Shown here: piece by piece, positions 14,028 to 26,188 of the stretch
Layout: each line of letters begins with the position of its first letter
Position numbering within the stretch: the first letter of the stretch is position 1
DNA from: TPA_inf: Saccharomyces
Lineage: Eukaryota
Direction of reading: 5' to 3'
Length of the DNA: 64,000 nt
Assembly (NCBI GenBank): GCA_000146045.2
Contig: BK006934.2
Span: 96,001 to 160,000 of the forward strand
Notes under the pieces: model-generated
Database searches by the model: none
The model's input: the letters and a program-made list of their open reading frames with translations, nothing else
Told to the model about the DNA's origin: nothing
Translations under genes and position numbers: made by a program

Positions 14028-15317
14028 CTAAGAATAGTACTCCTCCTCTTTAAAAAGCCTCTCAATAAAATCGAGAACTTCTTCAGAGTATACAGCTGTC
14101 AGTTTCTCACCATCCAGCAAAATCCTTTTTTCGTGAATTTCTTGCTCTTCTTTCGTCATCAGAACAACATTGGTTAAGGAGATTTCTTTGTTAGCTTCCC
14201 ATTTTGTTAGAGCTAGTTTCGTAGAGTATCCGCTAATAGGAGACTTGCCTCTAAACATTTCTTCAACTATATAACCGACCTCTTCTAATCCAAGCAATGA
14301 CGATCGCTCCTTATTTTCATTCAACCGCGCCATCTGCTTTTGGAAAGTCTCTAGGATGCTGTCATAAAACTTTAACCTATTTTTGACCTCATTTTCTTTC
14401 ATTGGATAGCCTGACACTTTGGTTAAAATCCATGTCGCAATACTCAAACCAAAAATACCAGGCATGGTCCCTAATTCCGGTAAATGTCTGAGAGCCTCAT
14501 CTCTGACAGCATTGATTGCACGATGTTCGCAATCTATAGGAGAGAGTATGTCGTCTCGGCGTGGATCGAGCATTTCATTACTAAAAACAACGGAAATCCC
14601 CGTGGCGATACCCCTCTTCCTCAATTTTCTTCTTACACAACGAGATATAGGGTCAAATTCTGTCATGGATATGTCATTTATACTCACACGGGTAGGATCT
14701 GATTTCGTGGCAACACCCATGGAAGAAATAACATCTATTTTATTGTGATGGGCGTACTCTAATAGGTCTACCTTAGATTCTAGATTATCTAGACAATCCA
14801 CGATAAAAGTTGGGGACTCACCGTCTGCAAAAATTAAATCGTGTGAGTTTTCTTTAGTCCAGGCCTTGGCCCTTGCTTTTATTTCAGACCAAGGAGCAAT
14901 TTTAGACAAGTGTTCTTTCAAGCATTGAACTTTGGGCTTTCCAATATCTGATAAAACTGCGCAACAGTGGGTATTCAAAGAGTCGATAGATATGTTTTCT
15001 GGATCTATAATCATAATTTTCTGACAGCCTGAACGAATTAACATTGTGCATACCCACGATCCCACTTCTCCAGCTCCGACTATAACTATATACTGTTCTT
15101 TGATCTTCCTCATACCTTCTTCGCCAAGAAATGCATAGTTACGAGCCAATTGTTCCCTAAATAAGTGGTCATCATATTGACGAGGTCGCGATACGGTTTT
15201 ATTCTTATTAGCCGCACATGAAAGTTTGTATTCTTTCCATACACTTTTGGCAAGTTGGGTTGAAAACACCGATATAAGAGCTGTAGTAGCAATTAACTTC
15301 CACGTATTATTTGCCAT
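14028..15317 (-). CDS. TCD1: TCD1, tRNA threonylcarbamoyladenosine dehydratase (ThiF/MoeB E1-like), 429 aa
   Basis: A Rossmann-fold GxGxxG motif (IVGAGEVGSW) in a ThiF-like domain with an N-terminal membrane anchor. Confidence 0.85.
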   Translation of the reverse strand: MANNTWKLIATTALISVFSTQLAKSVWKEYKLSCAANKNKTVSRPRQYDDHLFREQLARNYAFLGEEGMRKIKEQYIVIVGAGEVGSWVCTMLIRSGCQKIMIIDPENISIDSLNTHCCAVLSDIGKPKVQCLKEHLSKIAPWSEIKARAKAWTKENSHDLIFADGESPTFIVDCLDNLESKVDLLEYAHHNKIDVISSMGVATKSDPTRVSINDISMTEFDPISRCVRRKLRKRGIATGISVVFSNEMLDPRRDDILSPIDCEHRAINAVRDEALRHLPELGTMPGIFGLSIATWILTKVSGYPMKENEVKNRLKFYDSILETFQKQMARLNENKERSSLLGLEEVGYIVEEMFRGKSPISGYSTKLALTKWEANKEISLTNVVLMTKEEQEIHEKRILLDGEKLTAVYSEEVLDFIERLFKEEEYYS

Positions 15318-15530
15318 TTGTTCGTTCTGCTATCCTAACTAATTGCAGTATTAATACTTTACTAACGCTAGAAAATTTTTTCATAGTCTTGTCTCTTTTC
15401 GCTACTGCATAAAATATGAAAAAGAAATCAAAAAACCTGACAGCAAAATGTAAAGTAAGATACGGGCATTTAGCGTGTCACTGCTGAAGATAACGTAAGA
15501 CTAAAAAAATTTCAAGATTAATTCCCAACC

Positions 15531-15554
15531 TATATATATATATATATATATATA
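15531..15554. repeat. (TA)12 dinucleotide microsatellite in the TCD1/NEM1 intergenic region
   Basis: tatatatatatatatatatatata is visible directly in the sequence. Confidence 0.95.
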
Positions 15555-15753
15555 TACTGTTTAGATCAAGTATATCTTCCTGCTAAATAATTAATATGCT
15601 CGTATGTAGAAAACAAAAAAGAGGTCTTTTCTCTTTTTTCTCCCGTTACTTTTTTCCCTGAATGCAATAACCTTTCCATTAAATGAGCAGCAATGGATAG
15701 GCGATTTATCACCTAAAATTCTCATCTTTTTTGGAAGGACACAATAACAATTG

Positions 15754-17094
15754 TCAGTTTATGTTGAATGCCTTCTCTCCATGTTTCAATGCCAGTATAT
15801 TCCTGACATCTGTTGAATACCTCATAGCCTCCAAGAAAGGTAACAGGTTCAGTAAGTCCGTATCAGTTGGATCACTTATCCATCCTTCTACTTGAATAGC
15901 GTTATCTACATTCATTGCGTAACTTACCGGGCTGTTATCTATAATAATGACATCATCCAAAGAAGAGGAGCTGCCTTTCCCGTTTTCTTCGGAGTCCTTG
16001 ACAATGCTCAAATCTTTAATGTATCCAACACCATCCCTTAGAACGCAATCAGAACGGTAATATCTTTTTGAAAAACTGGATGGGAAGGAGCTTTCTAACC
16101 AATCTATCACAGGATCAGCGTATTCTTTCATGGATGCTGTAAAAATGATAAGGTCGTACCATTTGCTAACTTTTGTCAAAAATAAATCACAGTAAGGCCT
16201 CTTGTGAATAAAGTATAGTGTACGAATTCCGCTCAATCCAAACTTCACTTCCACCAAGTGACCCTGAGAAGAATTACTATGCGTTGTACTTCGAGAAGCC
16301 GAGTGAATTAAGGTCTCATCGAGATCTATAACCAGTTTCTTTTTCTTTTGTGTGTTAAGCACGGATTTAGGTATCAGCTTCTTTGGAAATAAGAACCTTC
16401 CCATTCGTTTTGTACCAAATACGGTATTAGAACTTGAATGATTAGAAAGTGATAGTTCTGATTTGGAATAACTTCTTGGCCTTGATTTGACAGATTGAGC
16501 TCTAAGTAATGAGCCTTTAACATTATCCCTTTGTAGAATTATCTCATCACTGGCATTTAAGTCATCCTCAACTGCCTCGGGAATCGTATTTAGATTGCAA
16601 TTTTTAGGATTTGTTTTCTCGCTAGAATCGTTAATATTGCTTGAACTGACAGGCAGCTCATTCTCACTAGCATTTGAACCCCTGTTTCTCTTATCGGTGT
16701 GTTTTACACGACGCTCGATGACACTTAGTGGGAAGGTAAAAACAAACCATAAAGACATCAAGGGCTTGATTATCAGATAATACGGAAGAAAAAGTAGTAG
16801 TGCCCACAAAATTGACGCTATTTTCTCTATTAGGATGGAACGTAAAGCTTTTGGTTTTTTAGGAACAGAATTTTTGCGCTCTTGATTTTGATCAGATTCT
16901 TTTAAGTGGCTTGAGGAGTGGTCGTACTGTTGGTCCACCTCACTAACGCAATCATTTTCGCTGTGGCTAGTATATTTGTTCGAAACTTCCTTTGAAGGGC
17001 CTAGTAGATCTTGATTCTTTGTCACCTCAACATTGATTTTTTTTTGTTTCTTTGTAGTTATTAAATGATTTGAGAAATATTTTAGGGCATTCAT
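15754..17094 (-). CDS. NEM1: NEM1, catalytic subunit of the Nem1-Spo7 phosphatase (HAD/FCP1-like), 446 aa
   Basis: The HAD phosphatase motif DLDETLIHS and N-terminal transmembrane segments are present. Confidence 0.9.
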   Translation of the reverse strand: MNALKYFSNHLITTKKQKKINVEVTKNQDLLGPSKEVSNKYTSHSENDCVSEVDQQYDHSSSHLKESDQNQERKNSVPKKPKALRSILIEKIASILWALLLFLPYYLIIKPLMSLWFVFTFPLSVIERRVKHTDKRNRGSNASENELPVSSSNINDSSEKTNPKNCNLNTIPEAVEDDLNASDEIILQRDNVKGSLLRAQSVKSRPRSYSKSELSLSNHSSSNTVFGTKRMGRFLFPKKLIPKSVLNTQKKKKLVIDLDETLIHSASRSTTHSNSSQGHLVEVKFGLSGIRTLYFIHKRPYCDLFLTKVSKWYDLIIFTASMKEYADPVIDWLESSFPSSFSKRYYRSDCVLRDGVGYIKDLSIVKDSEENGKGSSSSLDDVIIIDNSPVSYAMNVDNAIQVEGWISDPTDTDLLNLLPFLEAMRYSTDVRNILALKHGEKAFNIN

Positions 17095-17498
17095 TCAATT
17101 AATGAAACAATGTCCAGAAATTAACAACAATAAAGAAAAGTGAGAATAGGATGCAAAATAGGTTCTATATATCCCGAGTATTTACCAGGGAGAAGAATTC
17201 GAGATAATACCCTGTCCTTACGTAGAAGAATCAATTGTTTTCAAGAGTTTTTCTTCTAAAAAAGTGTCTGGACCTTTTTTTTCTCATGCGATTTTATTAC
17301 CCTTGTTTTTCAATTGAAAACCCGGAACGATTTAACGAGATCAAGAACTGTTGAACAAAATGGCTTTTTCATTTGGCATTCCATCATAGACTCTAATGGA
17401 GAAGAAAAATAGTAATTTTTTCTGGTGCTGCTGCTCCTTCTTGCATCTTCGGAAACAGAATTTACGTATCTAAACACTACTTTAATTATACAGTTCCT

Positions 17499-18917
17499 TC
17501 ATATAATACCAATTTTTTTAAGGTTTTGCTGGATGATTAGATCGGTGACTGCACTCAATACGAACTTCATAGTTTGGGTATCGGTAGCGCAGGTTCGTTT
17601 CACGTAGATTGGTTTGTTTGTCTTATTCAAGCTCAAAAATATCTTCTCAAAATATTTTAGACCCGCTTCTGCATCGCCGACACGTCCCTGGTAATCAGGA
17701 AAGTACTTTCTTATGGGCATGCTTTTTACCTTTTCCTCGAACAAATCAATTTTATTTAAAAACAAAATAAACGGTGTATCTTTGAACCACTTAGAGTTCA
17801 ATAACGTGTCAAATAGCATTATTGATTCATGCATTCTGTTCACTCTTTCATCCTCAAACAACATCTGGTCGTATTCACTCATTGCTAAAACAAATAAAAC
17901 TGCTGTAATTCCTTCGAAACAATGAATCCACTTCTTACGTTCAGAACGCTGCCCACCAGCGTCGAGAACCTTGAATTTGGACGAGCCGATGTTAAATTCG
18001 GTTTCTGTAATGCCTGTAGTCTTTATACGGCCCTTCAAAATGTCTTCATCCGTACAGACATAATTCGGACTAGCAAATTTCTCAATGTTATCAAAGTAGT
18101 ATGCAGCTGAGCCCTCCAATTGAAACTCATTAGAACGTGCAAAACACTGCTTTATACCTTTGTCGTTATTCCAAAGTTGCTTTATTGCCTTAGCAATGTC
18201 TTCGTGAATAAGATTTCGTCTATTTTGTCCTTGAATTTCCCTTGATGTTTTTCTAACAAACATCTGGTCATCGCCTTCTTGGTTCAAGTCCTTGCAAATA
18301 TCCTGTAGGTTAATTCTACTACTGTTGTTTCTATCAGCATCCTCATTTTGCGTCACCGTTTCAGCATCTCTGTCAGTGTCACTTTTGACATTAGAAATAT
18401 TTCCGTCTTCATCGAAAGCAGCTTTTGCTCGTCCGGTACTCTGAACACGCCTCCTAGTTTCATACCTTTCTGAGTACTTCAGTACATAATCATTTAGAAA
18501 ATCAGAACCACCGGCAACACTGGCGTTGATATAATCTAAAGCTTTAGCCTTTAGCAGTATTCTCTTGCATGCAAACAAATCTTTATTGTTGATCGGATCA
18601 TCACAGTCAAGTTGAATACCTAGTTTTCTGGCCTGAATAATCAAAATTTTCATTGATTGTATGGCATCTGCCCATATCACTTGAGCATACTGTAACCTTT
18701 CTTGATGGGAGAAACCGCCTTGATGTAATAATTTTAATTGTTTTAAAACCGTTGATTTACCTGACTCACCGGCACCTAATAGTAACAGTTTTATTTCATT
18801 CTTGTCACGTTGTTTCTCCAGCTGCAACGATTGCTCGATGACATCATTGGCTCTTTTGTTCTGTAGAAAAGGATCACTTTCGTCTCCTATTGTTTGCGTA
18901 CTCACTGTACACCCCAT
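17499..18917 (-). CDS. GPA1: GPA1, G-alpha subunit of the pheromone pathway, 472 aa
   Basis: The MGCTVS N-terminus (myristoylation and palmitoylation site), the P-loop GAGESGKST, DAGGQRSERKKW, NKIDL and the yeast-specific insert are all present. Confidence 0.95.
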   Translation of the reverse strand: MGCTVSTQTIGDESDPFLQNKRANDVIEQSLQLEKQRDKNEIKLLLLGAGESGKSTVLKQLKLLHQGGFSHQERLQYAQVIWADAIQSMKILIIQARKLGIQLDCDDPINNKDLFACKRILLKAKALDYINASVAGGSDFLNDYVLKYSERYETRRRVQSTGRAKAAFDEDGNISNVKSDTDRDAETVTQNEDADRNNSSRINLQDICKDLNQEGDDQMFVRKTSREIQGQNRRNLIHEDIAKAIKQLWNNDKGIKQCFARSNEFQLEGSAAYYFDNIEKFASPNYVCTDEDILKGRIKTTGITETEFNIGSSKFKVLDAGGQRSERKKWIHCFEGITAVLFVLAMSEYDQMLFEDERVNRMHESIMLFDTLLNSKWFKDTPFILFLNKIDLFEEKVKSMPIRKYFPDYQGRVGDAEAGLKYFEKIFLSLNKTNKPIYVKRTCATDTQTMKFVLSAVTDLIIQQNLKKIGII

Positions 18918-19286
18918 TATTTCCTACCTTAATATATCAATTTATACACCTCTGGATTATTGATGTGATGCTAAAATACCAATTTACAGTATGAATAGCT
19001 TCTACTCAGTTTGGTCTTAGAAATGGTCAAAAATGTTAGAAACGGAGTGACAAGAAAAAATGAATAACAGATCAAAAGATTACGAATAATATAAAACGTA
19101 AAGAAATTGGTGGAATTCTACTATCCTCTTCATTTTAGACTATTTTTTAATATTTCCCTTTAAGGAAAACAATATGTAACAAAAAAATTTCTGCTCTCCA
19201 TTTAATTGCATTTCTACAAGGAAGAATACGCAGAAGGACGCGCAGAGCCCTAAATTGATGTGCTTTTTAACATGCTGAGCCGAGTG

Positions 19287-19328
19287 CGTTTCGGTGAAAT
19301 AACACGAAGATGCGTTTCAAATTGAAAC
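19287..19328. promoter_or_regulatory. Cluster of pheromone-response-element-like half-sites (GTTTCg … GTTTCAaatTGAAACt) about 370-410 bp upstream of the GPA1 ATG
   Basis: TGAAAC and its complement GTTTCA form a near-palindrome at 19314-19328, with a further GTTTCG at 19287-19292. The Ste12 PRE consensus is TGAAACA. GPA1 is known to be pheromone-inducible. Confidence 0.4.
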
Positions 19329-19619
19329 TAGTCAGTGTTATCTGCATGAAAAGGGAATATCGTTATGCATTCAGTTTTCCAATAGAGACATTTTTTTTTT
19401 TTTAGATTCGGCTTGCTTTATCCACCTATGATCTTGTTTTCAAACAACATGTGCCATGTAAGATAAAAAGGTAAAGATGAAGTACAGAAAAGAGTATAAT
19501 GTTACTTGTATATACAGGATATGAATCAATAATACTAATTATAACGTTGAGTCGAGTAAAACAGCTTATGGATTTCTTTTCTTATTTTCGTCTTATCATT
19601 ACTGCTTTAATGCACATTT

Positions 19620-19901
19620 CTAAAACTTACCGGCTGCGTTAAATGATTGGCCCATTTTCTGCATGTTTTCACCGACTTGAACATTGGTCTCAAAATATTT
19701 GGCCACACATCTGTCTAGGCACGAAGATTCATTCTTATTCAGCTCACCCTCGGAATAAGAAGTATTGATACATTTTTTATAACAGTTATTAACCAATTTA
19801 TTGAACATGTCTGTGACCAAATCTAGTTCAGCTTCCGCAGCTTGAATCTTTTGTTGAGATGATAATTGAGGCTGACCACCACCGAAACCTAAGAAAGACA
19901 T
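19620..19901 (-). CDS. TIM10: TIM10, small Tim protein of the mitochondrial intermembrane space, 93 aa
   Basis: Twin CX3C motif (CYKKC … CLDRC). Confidence 0.92.
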   Translation of the reverse strand: MSFLGFGGGQPQLSSQQKIQAAEAELDLVTDMFNKLVNNCYKKCINTSYSEGELNKNESSCLDRCVAKYFETNVQVGENMQKMGQSFNAAGKF

Positions 19902-20106
19902 GTTTTTCTAAGTATGATAGTTCCTTCTTTTGCTTGTTTATCTGTTAAAAGACATGAGAGGGGAACGAGGAGAGTAATAGTTCTTTAGAGAGCTTGCTCT
20001 TGTACGTTCACTGCCAGCTCTCTCGCTGAAAAAATTAAAGAAAAAAAATGTCCGATAGCTTCAGAGGGTGATCATCAGCTACGAATTGGGAAATCAATGC
20101 AAAAAA

Positions 20107-20179
20107 TGCTTCCAATCGGATTTGAACCGATGATCTCCACATTACTAGTGTGGCGCCTTACCAACTTGGCCATAGAAGC
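20107..20179 (-). tRNA. tT(AGU): tRNA-Thr (anticodon AGU), 73 nt, no intron
   Basis: The minus-strand sequence is GCTTCTATGGCCAAGTTGGTAAGGCGCCACACTAGTAATGTGGAGATCATCGGTTCAAATCCGATTGGAAGCA. The anticodon loop is CTAGTAA and the B box is GGTTCAAATCC. Confidence 0.92.
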
Positions 20180-20420
20180 TCTAATAGTGATAGGACCCAG
20201 ATTATATTTAGTGACTTGTTGATAAATGTTTTAAAATATTACCTTCGTGTCGTTATCGTTACTGAGGAAAGATTTGCAAAAAATAATTACATACTTGGGC
20301 TCTTCTGAACGAACAAGTTAACCAAAAAGGTGTATATTACTTCCTCTTGTTTTGTTTCCGGGCTAATGCTTACCTTTCCTTTGTTTCCAATGTTCTTCTT
20401 TAACACCAAAACATACTATT

Positions 20421-20752
20421 TGAGAAATGGGTGAATGTTGAGATAATTGTTGGGATTCCATTTTTGATAAAGGCTATAATATTAGGTATACAGAATATAC
20501 TAGAAGTTCTCCTCGAGGATATAGGAATCCTCAAAATGGAATCTATATTTCTATTTACTAATATCACGATTATTCCTCATTCCGTTTTATATGTTTCATT
20601 ATCCTATTACATTATCAATCCTTGCACTTCAGCTTCCTCTAACATCGATGACAGCTTCTCATAACTTATGTCATCATCTTAACACCGTATATGATAATAT
20701 ATTGATAATATAACTATTAGTTGATAGACGATAGTGGATTTTTATTCCAACA
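20421..20752 (-). mobile_element. Full-length solo delta LTR (Ty1/Ty2 family), 332 bp, minus orientation, about 240 bp upstream of tRNA-Thr
   Basis: It starts with TGAGAAATGGGTGAATGTTGAGATAATTGTTGGGATTCC, the reverse complement of a delta 3' end. It ends with …TTATTCCAACA, the reverse complement of TGTTGGAATAA. The TG…CA termini are intact. Confidence 0.88.
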
Positions 20753-21055
20753 CTATTTGAGGTTTGGCAACTGTTGAAATTATTGTTAGGACATTGTTAA
20801 AAAAGGTTCTTTTATTAGGTCTACAAAAACAAAAAAAGTTTTTTCACGAGGACAGCGTGAATCACAAAGGTGAGGTCAATAGTTTTACATAATAATAAAT
20901 AACGTTTTTTTTTTCTTCCTTTCATGTGTTGCCTTTCTTTATCCAATTACATTGTCAGCCCTTACATTTCAGTGCCTATTGAATTTGTTGACCACTTCCC
21001 ATCAGCAATACCATCCTCTTACGCAATATATGATAATATACCCGCGACATAAATA
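20753..21055 (-). mobile_element. Diverged, older delta-like solo LTR abutting the first one, same orientation
   Basis: Recognisable but degraded delta blocks (TTGAAATTATTGTTAGGACATTGTT…ATTACATTGTCAGCCCTTACATTTCAG…TATATGATAATATAC). Similarity to consensus is much lower than for the neighbouring LTR. The boundaries are approximate. Confidence 0.5.
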
Positions 21056-21813
21056 TTAGGTTAAAAACAGACGGCAAAATGTGCCTTGGGCGGCAAAATC
21101 ATGAGAAGCGCACATGTCGTGATATCAATAGCACGGAATTCCAGAAGAGAGAAAATACCAGCACTTATAACAAATGATCACAGTAAGCGTGAAAAAGAAG
21201 AGCCTGTTGCTACAAAGAACATTGAAATGATAAAATAGTGAAAGAATTCCAATGAATGGGAATATGGATGGCATTTTGGCAAGAAATTGGGCGGTAAATT
21301 TTCGTAAAGCTGATTGATGGTCAGCAAAACTCTCTTCAGAAGAACCAGAGAAATGGGCCAATTCTCACGAAGAAAATTCTTATAGTGTGTAAGCATAGGT
21401 AACGATCACGATACCATTAATTACCTGCAGTCAAGAACGAGATTTATTAACTGAAGAAAAAAAACAGACCATTTCCCACAAAAATTGTCGACGTTTAACT
21501 TGTGACTGATAGAAAGTTATAAAGTAAGCTATTAATGGAGGTTCTGAACGCATGACATGCTCCTCTAAGGGCTAGAATAGAGATTATAATGTTATTTGAA
21601 GATTGAAAGTCTGTTACCCTTCTTAGAGTCATCCATTCGAACGAAGAGTATCTTTTTTTAGAATTCTTATCATTTTTTTTTTCTCTTCACATTCCAATAC
21701 GGGCAAAAAGCGAGAAAAACGATGATTAATAAATGAAAAACAGTGATTAATCATCCGACAAACAGACAAATGCAAGAGAGCAAAAAGTTGGGGAAGTAAG
21801 GAAATCCATTATC

Positions 21814-23439
21814 ATGCCTATCTTATCACTATCTTCAACACGGAACAGCGTGTTAACAAGGATATATGACTACCTTAAAGCATTAGTGCAGCAAGTGATT
21901 GTGCCCAATGTGGAAGACGACAAATCTTCGAAAAGTACTCCTTTCGAAAAGTTAGAACCTGCGAAACAGAACCATCCACAGAAAGACTGCTGTGCTACCG
22001 AAAAGGACGATCTGGTTGACGTGAGCGAATTATTTCCCAAACAGAACAACAAACAATTGAGTCTAACATCAAAATCTTCAGTTGTACCCTGTGCTTTAAA
22101 TTTGGATAACCTAGAAACACCTTTCTCAATTAAAATTGATAATAATGGTGCAGTCACTACACAGTTGAACTTGGACGAACCGATTTTACGGGGCCCTAGC
22201 CGCGGCGAGCCAGCAAAGTTACAGAATGACTTGATAAGTTCTCCCCCGCTAGAGGAATCCTATATCAATAATGACCAGTACAAAGCTCTTTTCCCCTCTA
22301 ATTTCCTTCCAATCACGCCCGTAAGTAGCGTAATCACTCCTGCATCGAAGAAAAGTATTGATGAATCTCCCCTATCCGATGAGGTTCAAGGAATTGCTGA
22401 TGAGTCATCCGAAACTTTACCATATATATGTCACTATTGCGATGCTAGGTTCCGAATCAGAGGTTACTTAACACGACACATAAAAAAGCATGCGAAAAGG
22501 AAGGCCTATCACTGTCCATTTTTTGATAATAGCATTTCGCAAGAATTGCGATGCCATACTTCTGGGGGGTTTAGCAGAAGAGATACCTACAAAACACATT
22601 TGAAATCTAGACATTTCACTTACCCAGAAGGTGTTAAGCCTCAGGACCGTAATAAATCACCTGGAGTGTGCACTCAATGTGGGGAACACTTTAGCACTAG
22701 TGAGAGCTGGGTGGAAAACCACATTGAGGCTGGGAGTTGCAAAGGTTTACCAGAAGGCTATTCAGAGGGAATACGAGAGAAGAAAAAGACGTCTAAAATG
22801 AAAATGATAAAGACTTCGGATGGCCAAACAAGGTTCATCTCATCCGACGAAAGTGTTTCCGAACCAGCTTTACAAAATAAGAATTGTATAGAAGCGACAG
22901 TAATGCAGTCCAAGGAACGCCCTAATGACAAGATCATACCAACCAAAACCGAAAAAAACGATTTTGGAATAGGCACTCAATGGTTTGAACGCAAACAAAT
23001 ATCAAGACCTACACAAACTACACAATCAAGAGGACCTACAGAAGTCCAAAATCTCAAAGAGTGGTCAATAATATCTCCCCCAATTTTGTCACCCCAAAAT
23101 GCATCTTCTGTACCACAAGAGTATCAATCATCAAGATACACATTGCATATGGATTCTCCAGCATTATCCTCTGCCTCCTCAGCGCTATCTCCACTTTCAG
23201 GCGATCCAATAACAACTACAGAAACAAATAAGTCATACCCATTGGATTCAGAGCAATCGTTGTTGGAGCCAGACAAAACCGAGGAGGACGCAATCAATCA
23301 GTCAAAGGAAAGCAATATGATTTCCATTAATGAGATGTTACAGAAGCAAATGGACTTTGAACTTCTGGGTGAGAATCATTTGAAGGAGACTCAAGATTAT
23401 CTGGCCCTTTACAAAAAAGCTTATGGGATAGAATTTTAA
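21814..23439 (+). CDS. STP2: STP2, C2H2 zinc-finger transcription factor (SPS amino-acid sensing), 541 aa
   Basis: Zinc fingers YICHYCDARFRIRGYLTRHIKKH and YHCPFF…. Confidence 0.88.
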   Translation: MPILSLSSTRNSVLTRIYDYLKALVQQVIVPNVEDDKSSKSTPFEKLEPAKQNHPQKDCCATEKDDLVDVSELFPKQNNKQLSLTSKSSVVPCALNLDNLETPFSIKIDNNGAVTTQLNLDEPILRGPSRGEPAKLQNDLISSPPLEESYINNDQYKALFPSNFLPITPVSSVITPASKKSIDESPLSDEVQGIADESSETLPYICHYCDARFRIRGYLTRHIKKHAKRKAYHCPFFDNSISQELRCHTSGGFSRRDTYKTHLKSRHFTYPEGVKPQDRNKSPGVCTQCGEHFSTSESWVENHIEAGSCKGLPEGYSEGIREKKKTSKMKMIKTSDGQTRFISSDESVSEPALQNKNCIEATVMQSKERPNDKIIPTKTEKNDFGIGTQWFERKQISRPTQTTQSRGPTEVQNLKEWSIISPPILSPQNASSVPQEYQSSRYTLHMDSPALSSASSALSPLSGDPITTTETNKSYPLDSEQSLLEPDKTEEDAINQSKESNMISINEMLQKQMDFELLGENHLKETQDYLALYKKAYGIEF

Positions 23440-24090
23440 GGTTAATTCAGGTATTATTTTTATGGCGGTTTCAGGTATTTTACGTAATATTATTATTATA
23501 TCATTTTTGTAGCAATATATTATTTTTAGCGGTGCTTTATAAAACAATGGATACTAAGGATGGTTCAATTCACTCATCATTTGGATTTATCACTATAAAA
23601 AGCAGTAATGAATCTTATATACATTTATTTCAGTGAATCCATATTTAAGAGAGCTTCCTCAGTGACCCCTCCCCAAAACTCCTCTCCTCCTGGGCCCTCT
23701 CTTGATTAATTTAAATTGCAAAAAGATTTACAAGTTTGCGAAAAGACTGCTTTATTTCCGCTTGGCCTGTGAGCTGTGTGTTCTCTCTTCTAATCCAGTA
23801 GGCATGTTGCATAAATAAACCTTATATTTGATGTTGTTTTAGAAATGTAATCTATATATAATTTCGTAGTATAAATATTTATAAATAAAGAAGTGAAACC
23901 ATACCACTCATAAATAATGCGGGATGGTTGTCCAAGTTTGAAAGTAACTAAAGAACATAACTCGATGTCATATCAAACGTACTGGCAAATAAAATAAATC
24001 ATTGGAGATGGATGAGTGTGGCGATAAGGCCCACGTGAATGTACAACTTCTCTCTTTTTCTGTTTTTTTTTTTTTTCTCAGTTACAAACC

Positions 24091-25713
<1,623 letters not shown>

Positions 25714-26169
25714 TCAAGCCTGCTGCAATTGTGAAGGAAAAAAAATTTTTTCTGGAAACTATTAATTAATATAATGAAAAATTATTACTTCCTATCGAAA
25801 ATACACACGCTGAACGATACTGCTTATCAATCTTTTTATAAATAATTTACCAATAACGAAAAGGGAAAAAGGAAAAGGGAAAAAAAAAAAGACATTGAAA
25901 GAGAGAATTAAGAGGGAATAAGAAAACTAAGGGAAAATACGCTATCTTATATAATGAATACACATGGAGGGCAATTTTTAGAGGCTTTTCGAATACATGC
26001 GAGTACGTAAACGTCGTTAACTCGTGGAGATGCACAATAGGATGTGCTCATACCAAGAAAAAAAAAAAATTCAGGCATAAAATCGATGTCTCCTGCAAGA
26101 TACCTACCACACTTATTGTGTTCTGCAAGAGACTATTGTCATCTGAAAAGCGATTATCTTGAAATCTTA

Positions 26170-26188
26170 GTTTCGTTTCGTTTCGTTT
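26170..26188. repeat. (GTTTC)3-4 pentanucleotide repeat in the ERG11-SOD2 intergenic region
   Basis: gtttcgtttcgtttcgttt. Confidence 0.9.

Noticed and set aside
19430-19460. A possible a1-alpha2 haploid-specific operator in the GPA1 promoter (CATGT…CATGTAAGA).
   Set aside because: It does not fit the 20-bp operator consensus with correctly spaced half-sites. I could not find a convincing match by eye.
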